From positions 112,306 to 176,305 of IMG/VR virus record IMGVR_UViG_3300044606_000144: 64,000 bases of DNA; one strand, written 5' to 3'. Under the pieces are notes generated by a model. The model was not told the origin of the DNA. It did no database searches and saw nothing but the letters and a program-made list of their open reading frames with translations. Source of the DNA: a virus. The translations under genes were made by a program, and so were the position numbers. Position 1 is the stretch's first letter, and every line of letters begins with the position of its first letter. Shown here in pieces: positions 50,860-59,831 of the stretch.

Positions 50860-51933
50860 CTACTTCCACATTCTATCCGAAATAAACTTTGCCTTGAACT
50901 TAACTTCGTCGATTTTTCCATGGGCGTATAGACCCATGGCAAGACCAAAAACCGTTGAATCTAGAGAATTCTTGGCCTTTATTGCATAGTCCTTACGATC
51001 AAGATCTGCATTATCTTCAAAGAACTTGTTTGCTGAAGAAATGTAGTGGTTGTAAAGCTTGACAACCTTAGATTCTACGTCAAGGATATACTTCTGAAGG
51101 TTAACATCATTTGAAAAAACCTTCTTCGCATCGTCAAACTTTTCATTTAGAATCATGTCAACCAAACAATTTTCATTGAGGACACCATCACGAAGGTGGT
51201 GCAGGTTATAGTATTCATTCGTCTTAATCTTAATCATATCACCATCTTCGAAGGTGATAACAAAACCTTCATGACCATCGTAGTTCTGGACTACATTGAC
51301 TACTGATTCAAGAGAATCCATGGTAAAATAGTCAACAGGCAGAACACCCGGCAGGTTCTCGAAGTTATAGCTGCCATCAACCATGCTACGCATACCGATG
51401 AAACGAAGCTCTTCATTAGTATACATGATGACAATCTGGTTACGTGGAGAAACCAATTCAAACATCGGGGTAAACTTGTTGTTGATTGCAGCAACGATAG
51501 CAGACTTGAGTTCAGCATTTGAGTTGACAATAGCCATCGCCCAGTCAGCCTGTTCGGCATAACAGTTCATCTTCGTCTTGGCATGTAAAACCCCATTGAG
51601 AAGGTAGAAGTAGATAAGGGAACCATCATACTTTTCCGTAACACGAAGGATCTTCTTATCCTTAAGCTTAGAAAACTCACTGGAAGGATTTTCATCTAGA
51701 TTCCAGAACTTATGCAACGGAATAGCCAGAAGCTCCTTGGTGTCTTCACGAAACATCAACCCACGAAGATTCCGAGCCTTAGGAAGCATGAAATCAGAGT
51801 AAGAAGCAAGGCGATAAGAAAAAGTAGCCACATGAACATGGTCTACAATTTCCTTCTTGACAATAAATGACTCCTTTGACTTAACGAGAGCCATGCATTC
51901 ATCGTAGGTTGGAATATTCTTGAAGTCCATCAT
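50860..51933 (-). CDS. T4 Rnl1-like RNA ligase
   Basis: RGLMF, KFWNL.E, EKYDGSL, FELVSP.NQIV, EGFV, IKIKT. Confidence 0.9.
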   Translation of the reverse strand: MMDFKNIPTYDECMALVKSKESFIVKKEIVDHVHVATFSYRLASYSDFMLPKARNLRGLMFREDTKELLAIPLHKFWNLDENPSSEFSKLKDKKILRVTEKYDGSLIYFYLLNGVLHAKTKMNCYAEQADWAMAIVNSNAELKSAIVAAINNKFTPMFELVSPRNQIVIMYTNEELRFIGMRSMVDGSYNFENLPGVLPVDYFTMDSLESVVNVVQNYDGHEGFVITFEDGDMIKIKTNEYYNLHHLRDGVLNENCLVDMILNEKFDDAKKVFSNDVNLQKYILDVESKVVKLYNHYISSANKFFEDNADLDRKDYAIKAKNSLDSTVFGLAMGLYAHGKIDEVKFKAKFISDRMWK

Positions 51934-52397
51934 TACACCTCTCAATCGATTCAATCTACAGGCTTCCCGGACGGTCCTGCTCCGTCACTAATTGGCGTAC
52001 CAATACATTGCTCTATGTCCAGTAACCTTTGTCTTTGCTGAAACTTTTTCACCTTTGACCAATTTAGCTGTATTCATTAAGGTAACTTTACCTGTTTTAC
52101 GAATCTCAAAATTGCGATAATCGCGGCAAAAAACAGAAGCTAAAGTATCTTCATCACCAACCAAACCAAACTCTGTAATCAAGTAAGCATTTCGGCCTTT
52201 ACCATAGGTGGTAATCTCAAACTGCTTGAATTCTTTGCTATTCGGTGCACCGTAAGTGTGATGTTCAATGATTTCTTTATAAATCCACTCGATGGAAGCT
52301 TTCTGGGCCGGGGTTAACTCCGGATAAGTCTCGAAAATTTCAACCAGATTAATCATTTGAATCCTCCTGGATTTGTTTAAGTTGGCCTGACAAGGAT

Positions 52398-52426
52398 ATT
52401 ATATCACAACCTTTGGCTAATGTACA
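52398..52426 (-). promoter_or_regulatory. early promoter
   Basis: TGTACA-17bp-TGATATAAT; near-identical context at 45595-45623. Confidence 0.75.
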
Positions 52427-52430
52427 CGGC

Positions 52431-52457
52431 AAAATAAAAGAGACCTTTCGGTCTCTT
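52431..52457 (-). terminator. intrinsic terminator
   Basis: AAGAGACC-GAAA-GGTCTCTTTTATTTT. Confidence 0.85.
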
Positions 52458-52474
52458 ATTAAACTAATATTAAA

Positions 52475-52687
52475 TTAACGTGAACCCTCTGCAAACCTAC
52501 CTTTAATCGTGCTTACAAAGAATTTACCCTTTGAACTCGATTCTTTAAATGCTTTCCATATGCTTGGCGGAACATTGTAATAATCATACGATCTTCCATT
52601 TAGAAATGTTACTGAAAGAAGAAACTTTTTTTCATCATATCTTGCACCGGATAGAACACTACTACCAGAAATTGCAAATTCTTCCAT
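52475..52687 (-). CDS. KTSC domain protein
   Basis: SS.L...YD..L.VTF.NG..Y.YYNVP..SSKGKFF..IK. Confidence 0.88.
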   Translation of the reverse strand: MEEFAISGSSVLSGARYDEKKFLLSVTFLNGRSYDYYNVPPSIWKAFKESSSKGKFFVSTIKGRFAEGSR

Positions 52688-52689
52688 TC

Positions 52690-52974
52690 TTATTCCTCCT
52701 CATATTGTACACTATTTAATACAGACATAAACTGATCAAATGGAATTTCTAATCTTTTTAATCCTGTTTTGATTAAGCTCGTTTTGGTGATGTTATGCCT
52801 AGGTACTGGAAATATTCGACCTTTGGTGTCTTTAAGTTTATAATGATCACCAGATGTATTTTGGAGTTGAAATCCTAGACGAGATAATGCTTTTATTAGC
52901 TGACTAGTCTTAATATCGTATGGTATTGAAGTTTCTTCAATTATATTATCAAATTCTTCAAATATGTCTGGCAT
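52690..52974 (-). CDS. HicA-like RNase/toxin-fold protein
   Basis: LIKAL.RLGF....SGDH..L....PVPRH. Confidence 0.7.
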   Translation of the reverse strand: MPDIFEEFDNIIEETSIPYDIKTSQLIKALSRLGFQLQNTSGDHYKLKDTKGRIFPVPRHNITKTSLIKTGLKRLEIPFDQFMSVLNSVQYEEE

Positions 52975-52978
52975 TTAA

Positions 52979-53464
52979 TCACCTATAATGTTTAGTATAC
53001 TTATCTGCAACGGTGCTAGCACCATACGAATCTGGTTTAACCTTAACGTTGAAACCACTACCTTTTACCATTCCCACTACGGCGCTTACAACTTCTCTCG
53101 TATCACCATTTTGACCAACATCAATATGGATTTCAAGTTTAGATATATCATCACAGAATGGACATTGCTGAGCATTAATTTCTTCAACTAAATTGGAAGC
53201 CAATTCAATACTATATCCAGCCTCGGTAAACATTCTATCAGCTAAACTAAATTTTCTGCGAACCCATTTTTTATCATAGAAATATATTGCGCCCTTTCCT
53301 ATTCTATGCACAATCAAAGCCGTAACAAATACTGCAGCACTTCCATATACTTGAGAATCAGTCCCAACAATAAATTTATAATCTCCAGGATGAGACTTTA
53401 TAAAATTAGAAATATGTGTAACCGTCTCTGTTATTGTTAAGTTTCCATGTGTTGGGCTCTTCAT
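52979..53464 (-). CDS. RNase H-like YkuK (DUF458) family protein
   Basis: VGTDSQ, R.FTE, EIHIDVG, KPDSYGASTVAD. Confidence 0.85.
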   Translation of the reverse strand: MKSPTHGNLTITETVTHISNFIKSHPGDYKFIVGTDSQVYGSAAVFVTALIVHRIGKGAIYFYDKKWVRRKFSLADRMFTEAGYSIELASNLVEEINAQQCPFCDDISKLEIHIDVGQNGDTREVVSAVVGMVKGSGFNVKVKPDSYGASTVADKYTKHYR

Positions 53465-53850
53465 TTAAAAATCCTCCGTTATTCTGATTTATCACCCTTT
53501 TTGGTGAAATAAGCAATTAATTGTGTAACATATCCAAGTAAAAATACTAAACTTGCTTTTATAATATCAGTGTATGATTCACCTGAAATTGACTTTCTTG
53601 TAACTAGATATGTAGCAAATATTAAAACTAAAATAAAGAATAAATTAATCGGATTGAATAGACTCAACATGAAATTCACCCCCTAGTTATCTATATCTTC
53701 ATGGATCAAGATCCAATTTCCTGATCGATCTTTACTCCAAAAAGTGTCTGGAGATCGTCCTTCCAAGGTTATATAACCTTGATTTTGGATATCATTCTCC
53801 ATAAAATAATTTCCATTCTCATCTTTCATCCACATAATATTAACCTACTA

Positions 53851-54303
53851 TTATAACAAACTTAAAACATCGTTAATTAAGCTTTTAACGTTTTTAGAAG
53901 AGGTAATACCCTTATTTGAACTGCTAATATCATCTAGAGATTTTTCAAACTTACTCTTAGGTTCTTTTGATACTTCAGGTCCTGAACTGGGCGTAGAAGT
54001 ATCAGGGCTAGGAGATGTTGGTGTGCCCTGGGGACCCTGGAGACTATCCGTGTAAAGCTGGATACCTTCTTTAAGGAATTTTACTGCGGCATCGGAAAAA
54101 TGTTGTTTAAGATGTTTTTCTAGATCCTCATCACCCTGAGCATATTTATTCGATATTTCATAAATCTTTCCGACCATTTCACTTTCATATTCCTGAGCGG
54201 TAATTTCACCACTCTTGAATTTTAATGCATAATCCTTACCAATGGTAAGCAACTCATTTGTACATTTGTTCATTGCTTTCATTAAACTGAAAAATCCAGC
54301 CAT
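53851..54303 (-). CDS. hypothetical protein
   Basis: ORF with AGGAG SD. Confidence 0.6.
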   Translation of the reverse strand: MAGFFSLMKAMNKCTNELLTIGKDYALKFKSGEITAQEYESEMVGKIYEISNKYAQGDEDLEKHLKQHFSDAAVKFLKEGIQLYTDSLQGPQGTPTSPSPDTSTPSSGPEVSKEPKSKFEKSLDDISSSNKGITSSKNVKSLINDVLSLL

Positions 54304-54319
54304 TTATTTGCAACTCCTC

Positions 54320-55390
54320 TTAATCATAGTATGATCTTGGAAATTTTTTGGGAGCTTTAGGTTTTTTAGCTTGAGATGCTCCGTATTCTTCTAACCAAAA
54401 AATCAAATCTTTCATTGTAACATGTTTAGGTAAATTTTTTTCATTTATAATAGAGGCCGCGGCAGCATCACGGTCCATCTCTTTCAAAGTAACAGCAATA
54501 CTTGTTGGTGAATGCTTCCACCATTTTATTTTTTTAACGTCTTTAAAATTATTGATTTTTACTTCAGGAGATAATGCTTTATTCAACATCTTCAATATAC
54601 CATCATTAGTTATATGATCATTTAATGAGAAAGCATATTCTCCACCATCATTATAAGATTTTATATTGGATTCATTTGCCGCATAAAAATTATCATATTT
54701 AGTATCTCTTGGAGCTCCGGTTCGATCTAGTGCATCATGATCCTCAAGCCACTGAATAAATTGCTCTAGATCTATACCAAATTTATTTAAATCCGATTCT
54801 CTTACCCATGCACCTCCAGGGCCAGTATCATCGTCCCATGAACCATTAGTGATATAAACTGATCGATCTTTTCCAACTTTATATGAAAATCCTTCTACAT
54901 CAGAAAGTTCAACCCTGACAGAAAATAAATCTGAAATTAAATCGATTAATTTTCCATCTAAATCATAAGGATCTGCTTGATTATATTTGTCTCCATAAGT
55001 CAATGAATTCATCAAACCTTCCATATCAGACGGGTTGAATTCATCTTCAATTGGATCAACAATTAAATCAGAAACTTTTGCACGTAGAATCTCATTATGG
55101 TGTTGGCCATCAAAATAAACATAGTCGCCCATTCTTTTTGCATAATATCTTGTATTAGTATCATCAACAAATCTAATTTCTTCATTATCTTTAAGAGCAT
55201 TGATACGCTTAATATCATCTGGGTGGATGACTATTGAATAGTTAATACCATAATCGTATGGTCGACTATATCCTCGGCCATATTTTATATGTATAATATA
55301 ACCATAATTATTAACATATTCTTTCTGTACTCTAACATCACTGTCATCAACAACTTCTAAACTATCATCATAATGAGATTTATACCCCAT
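54320..55390 (-). CDS. hypothetical protein (internal PSDM motif)
   Basis: long ORF; ATG 55390 after GGGGTGGGG; FNPSDMEGLM. Confidence 0.65.
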   Translation of the reverse strand: MGYKSHYDDSLEVVDDSDVRVQKEYVNNYGYIIHIKYGRGYSRPYDYGINYSIVIHPDDIKRINALKDNEEIRFVDDTNTRYYAKRMGDYVYFDGQHHNEILRAKVSDLIVDPIEDEFNPSDMEGLMNSLTYGDKYNQADPYDLDGKLIDLISDLFSVRVELSDVEGFSYKVGKDRSVYITNGSWDDDTGPGGAWVRESDLNKFGIDLEQFIQWLEDHDALDRTGAPRDTKYDNFYAANESNIKSYNDGGEYAFSLNDHITNDGILKMLNKALSPEVKINNFKDVKKIKWWKHSPTSIAVTLKEMDRDAAAASIINEKNLPKHVTMKDLIFWLEEYGASQAKKPKAPKKFPRSYYD

Positions 55391-55414
55391 AATATCCCCA
55401 CCCCTAATTTTAAA

Positions 55415-56198
55415 TGGAGCTGCCACACAGGATTGAAAATCCGTAAAAATAAAATTAATTGTAAAGGAGGCTCCAGTATAATCTTGTATAAAAATTGTTT
55501 ATATACTATAGAAGAATTTAAAATAGCAAAATCTAGAGAATTGATTCCATTCAAATGCCCAATATGTTCTAAAATATTTTATCGACCTAAAAATTATGTA
55601 CAACAAAAAATAAAAAAAGGTATCATTATGTTATACTGTTCTTCACATTGTTCTGCAACAAATCCTGAAAAAGATATGACATTTAATTGTGAATGTTGTG
55701 GTAAAGATATATATAGAAAAAAATCACAACTAAAAAAAGTTAAACACTACTTCTGCTCCCGTTCCTGCGCTGCTAAATATAACAATGCTCATAAATCTAA
55801 AGGGTATCGAAGATCTAAGTTAGAAAAATATATTGAAGCTAATTTAACTGAAATATTTCCCAATCTTGAAATTCTTTATAATGATCGTAAAACATTACCT
55901 TCAGGTCTTGAACTAGATATTTATGTACCTTCATTGAAATTAGCCTTTGAATTAAATGGAGTATTTCATTATATTCCAATATTTGGAAAAGATAAATTAA
56001 ATCTAATACAAGATAGTGATTATATAAAAATGTCAGAGTGTCAAGATTTAGATATTAATATCTGTGTAATTGATGTGTCAAAAGAAAAACATTTTACAGA
56101 AAAAAGAGGAATAAAATATCTAGAAATAATTAAATCATTTATATCTTCTAAGTAGTTGGTATACCACACCAGCGTAATGTCCATTATACGACGATAGC
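55415..56198 (-). pseudogene. tRNA-Thr(GGT) interrupted by element copy 6
   Basis: 5' part 56156..56198 with GTGGTAT loop; 3' fragment TTCAATCCTGTGTGGCAGCTCCA at 55415..55437. Confidence 0.7.
55484..56155 (+). CDS. family A putative homing endonuclease, copy 6
   Basis: paralog; start uncertain (TTG 55484 after AGGAGG). Confidence 0.78.
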   Translation: MYKNCLYTIEEFKIAKSRELIPFKCPICSKIFYRPKNYVQQKIKKGIIMLYCSSHCSATNPEKDMTFNCECCGKDIYRKKSQLKKVKHYFCSRSCAAKYNNAHKSKGYRRSKLEKYIEANLTEIFPNLEILYNDRKTLPSGLELDIYVPSLKLAFELNGVFHYIPIFGKDKLNLIQDSDYIKMSECQDLDINICVIDVSKEKHFTEKRGIKYLEIIKSFISSK

Positions 56199-56208
56199 TT
56201 GTTTTCTA

Positions 56209-56283
56209 TGGAGCGTCAACTCAGACTTGAACTGAGATCTAATGATTACAAGTCATTTGTAATAGCCATTATACTATAGGAGC
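56209..56283 (-). tRNA. tRNA-Thr(TGT) with poorly paired acceptor
   Basis: AATGA-CTTGTAA-TCATT arm, CCA; 5' GCTCCTA mismatches 3' TTGACGC. Confidence 0.7.
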
Positions 56284-57005
56284 GCTTTTATACTTTCCCA
56301 TTCCAATTGTTCTTCAGTTAATACTAGTATTCTAATATTATTCTGACTACATACGGTATCAATTTTCAATTTATCTTTTCTAATGAGATATGAATTTTTG
56401 GGATCTAAATACACATCATGGTCGACTAAATAAAAATCTGGATAATATCTGTGTTCTATTGAATTGCTATCTATCCATAATAATGGATTAGGTCTAATCC
56501 AAGCAATATCATAATTATCTAAACTAGTAGCGACAGAAACTTCATAACTAGATTGAAGATATGTTATAGTACCATCTTTTCTGATATAATGAATAGCTTT
56601 TTTAGAAGTGTGACCTCCAAAATTATTTCTTTTTGCTGCTTCGGATAATTTTTTTCTGGTTTCTTTATTGGGTATAAAACCAGGTTTTCCTTTTCGCGAG
56701 GCACTAAATTTTATTCTAGAATTATTGACTCTCTCATCAGTTTCTTTAGTTAAACCTTTATTCCAACTAGTTTTATTACCAGAACAATATGAATAATGCT
56801 GACCGGCTGATCTTTTATCATGAAATTCTTTTCCGCACAATGCACATATTATCTTACAATTTTCTTCTTTATATTTATAAACTTTTTCAATTTTACAGCT
56901 TTTAACATGTCGATTAAAAGCAGTTGTACCAATCATTTTATGGCATAACGGACATTCTTTCTTTACTCCTTTAATTTTATCATAGTTAAAATTATTTTTT
57001 CTCAA
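56274..57005 (-). CDS. Zn-finger + TnsA-like PD-(D/E)XK putative homing endonuclease
   Basis: C2H2-like fingers, WNKGLTK, QSSYE..YYPDFYL..YLDPK. Confidence 0.78.
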   Translation of the reverse strand: MRKNNFNYDKIKGVKKECPLCHKMIGTTAFNRHVKSCKIEKVYKYKEENCKIICALCGKEFHDKRSAGQHYSYCSGNKTSWNKGLTKETDERVNNSRIKFSASRKGKPGFIPNKETRKKLSEAAKRNNFGGHTSKKAIHYIRKDGTITYLQSSYEVSVATSLDNYDIAWIRPNPLLWIDSNSIEHRYYPDFYLVDHDVYLDPKNSYLIRKDKLKIDTVCSQNNIRILVLTEEQLEWESIKALL

Positions 57006-57100
57006 TTAAAATTCCACCTAACTATAGAAATAATACTCCTATAGTTAAGTTTAACTTTAGTTACATAAGCTACTTACTCTACATGTTCAGCTAATAACTT

Positions 57101-57125
57101 TGCTCTACCGTTGAGCTACACCGGC
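57101..57125 (-). pseudogene. orphan tRNA 5' fragment (Thr-like)
   Basis: GCCGGTG-TA-GCTCAACGGTAGAGC-A, then breaks off. Confidence 0.7.
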
Positions 57126-58434
57126 TCATCATTAATTAATTTTATTATTTTAGTAATAATTCTGAATTAATCCGCTGACATAAAAATATCAGCTAAATCA
57201 ATTTGTCCACCATATTTGACAAATTTTTGAAAGAATTCTCGATTTAAAGCTTTGTAGCGTTCTAGAGAATTAGACGCAATCAAAATCTGTTGATCACTAT
57301 GATCATCAAATTTGATTGTCATGGTAAATTGATTTGCAGAATTGGCTCCCTCATAAATCTCAGCATCAACTTTCCTGCTAAGTGAAGCTAAAGATCGAAT
57401 TTCTTTATCTGAAACAAAAATTTCACCATCTAGAAGTTGATTGTATAGAGTATTCATAATTTAGCCTCCAATTAATAAAAGGTATAGAAATTTAATATTA
57501 ACGGCAATCGTCAACGGTCCTAGAAAATAGAAGATAGCGATTTTTGCAAGAATTTCATTTAAAGACATTGTTAACGGAATATAATGTCCAGGACCTATAT
57601 ATTCGATAGCAAATGGAAATATTAATAAATTGATAATCATTAATATTATAGTAATCTGTTTAGCATTCTTAACTTTCGAAAAATATAGAATGCCATATAC
57701 TGTTACCCATGTACCAATTGTCCATGCTAGTTTTCCTAAACCATTCTTTATACTCATAGGAATTCTTCTTTCTAATTAGCTGGAAATAAGACTAAACACC
57801 TTTCTCCATCAACACACTCATCAGAATACTCTGAATAAAAATCACCAGACCACTCAGTTTCCGGAACATATTTACCTGAATCTACTTCAGCCAGAGGGGA
57901 ATAGCTATTCCCCTCAGCGTCTTTAGCAATAATAACTTTAGTGTCTGGATCTAACCTTGATAAATAGCGAATTAACTCGTGTACGGTATACATAATTTAA
58001 CCTCAATAAGGATCCACATATTCATACATAATGTTTATAGCTTCATCATAGCTACCAGACCTGAATACCCTGGATCTCATCTCAGCCGCGCCCGGGAGCC
58101 TAGCATCACGCAATGCTCTAGAACAAATGCTAAGAAGATTGAAAACATTTCCATTCTCACCAACGAACTTGACCTTAGGTTTAGACATGTTAACCTCCAA
58201 TTGTCTCGTGTGGTTCTATGGTTTCAACTACTGAAAAATTTTCCATATACATATCATCGTCAGGGATTTCTTTCCATTGTGCTGTAACATTTACTGGAGT
58301 TAATTCATTGATTAGCTCCAGTAGTTCCCGTGGTTGAATTGAGTGTCCTTGAAAGACCGGTTTACCTTGTTCATTCAAGATAGCTAACCAATCACCCTCA
58401 GGCGATGTAACAAAGGTTAACATTGGGTTAGACA

Positions 58435-59385
58435 TTATGCTACAACCTCTGCCTCAACATCAATAATCTCACCTGTCTGCTTCATGCGACGCTTTGCAAC
58501 GAGATCCTTGATAACCTCATCCTTAGGAGCTGTCCAATACCAAGCATCTGAGAAAATCTTCGTAACCTCAGAACCAAGGGTAATCTTCTGAGTATCAGGA
58601 CTGATGGCACGACCAGGAATGTAGTCATGGGTTAGAGAAGCGGTATAAGCATTATAGAGACCCCACTTCGTTCCATCAAAATTCTCGGAATAGCGGGAAG
58701 AGATCATTGGACGAAGACGAGCAGGCATGTAGTTGACGATAAGATCAGCGCGCTCCTGAGTAACATCCTCGGTAAGCCACTTTCGCCAGTTGCGGCTATA
58801 GTCATCAAAACCCTTCGTCAACTTCTTAGCATTTTGGGCGAAAAGATTAAGATTGAAACGATTGCCAAAGTGACGGTAGTTCATTGACATGAACTGCTTG
58901 ATTGCAACCATACCATTTGTGCAGACTAGACGGACGGCATCGATATAAAAACCAATGCAAGTTGCTCCGTTGTAGCTATTGACGATACGGATAGAAGGAG
59001 AAATCTCATCTCCAGGACGGACCTCTACACTGTAATCATTGAGAGTATAGATTCGCTGCATCTGTGCACCGTTCTTTGAAACGATTGTCTTGATAGATGC
59101 ATTGGAAAGATTCATACCTTCCTCAAGCTTAGAGACGATGTCGCTGTGCTTGATGATAGGATACTCATTGGAAACTGTTGCGAGATATGTTTCCTCTCCA
59201 CTGGGCTCAACGCGGAAGATGGCCTTGCGATCAGGTAGCTTAAAGCTACCAACCATGATATCCTGAGCAACCACATCAAAGGCCAGATCATTATAATCTG
59301 GGCCCGTCCAGGACTTAGCATCGGCGATCTTAACCCGATTACCATTCATCTTCATTGAAGCCGCTGAATCGATTTTAACTGACAT
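58435..59385 (-). CDS. DUF932-like domain protein
   Basis: VS.EY..I.H, NSYNG, RLVCTNG, T.WGLYNAYT. Confidence 0.8.
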   Translation of the reverse strand: MSVKIDSAASMKMNGNRVKIADAKSWTGPDYNDLAFDVVAQDIMVGSFKLPDRKAIFRVEPSGEETYLATVSNEYPIIKHSDIVSKLEEGMNLSNASIKTIVSKNGAQMQRIYTLNDYSVEVRPGDEISPSIRIVNSYNGATCIGFYIDAVRLVCTNGMVAIKQFMSMNYRHFGNRFNLNLFAQNAKKLTKGFDDYSRNWRKWLTEDVTQERADLIVNYMPARLRPMISSRYSENFDGTKWGLYNAYTASLTHDYIPGRAISPDTQKITLGSEVTKIFSDAWYWTAPKDEVIKDLVAKRRMKQTGEIIDVEAEVVA

Positions 59386-59831
59386 TTTGTTTTCCCTCCA
59401 ATTTTTGTTTTAGCTTGCCTCATGGATAATTATACCATAAACTGGAGATATGTACACCAGTTAATATTGTTAGTCCAGATCTGGATTCTTTTTAAAATCA
59501 GGACATTTAACCAACTTGGCGCCAGGAAGGACCTCTATTTTACATTCTTTAATGCATTCTAAACATTTCTCTGCATACACTAAACCTTCTGTATGTTTAA
59601 GCTTTTTGGGTTTCAATTAAATCATTCCTAATCCATTTGTATAGTTTTTACAATATGATCCGGATCAAATACCGGTTCCCTTGTCGTTAAAATGATTGTA
59701 GCTCCGCATTCCGGGCATTCAAATTCATCACCTGGATAAACATGAGCTTCCTTAAATCGGATTCCAAGACCATTCATTTTACATTGCATAACTATTTTAC
59801 ATTTAGAACATACTAGCATCATTAATTCCTC

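Noticed and set aside
14597..56155. Family A inserts as self-splicing introns or IS elements
   Set aside because: Non-coding flanks are too short for group I/II cores, the ORFs are antisense, and there are no DDE/HUH transposase motifs or terminal inverted repeats.
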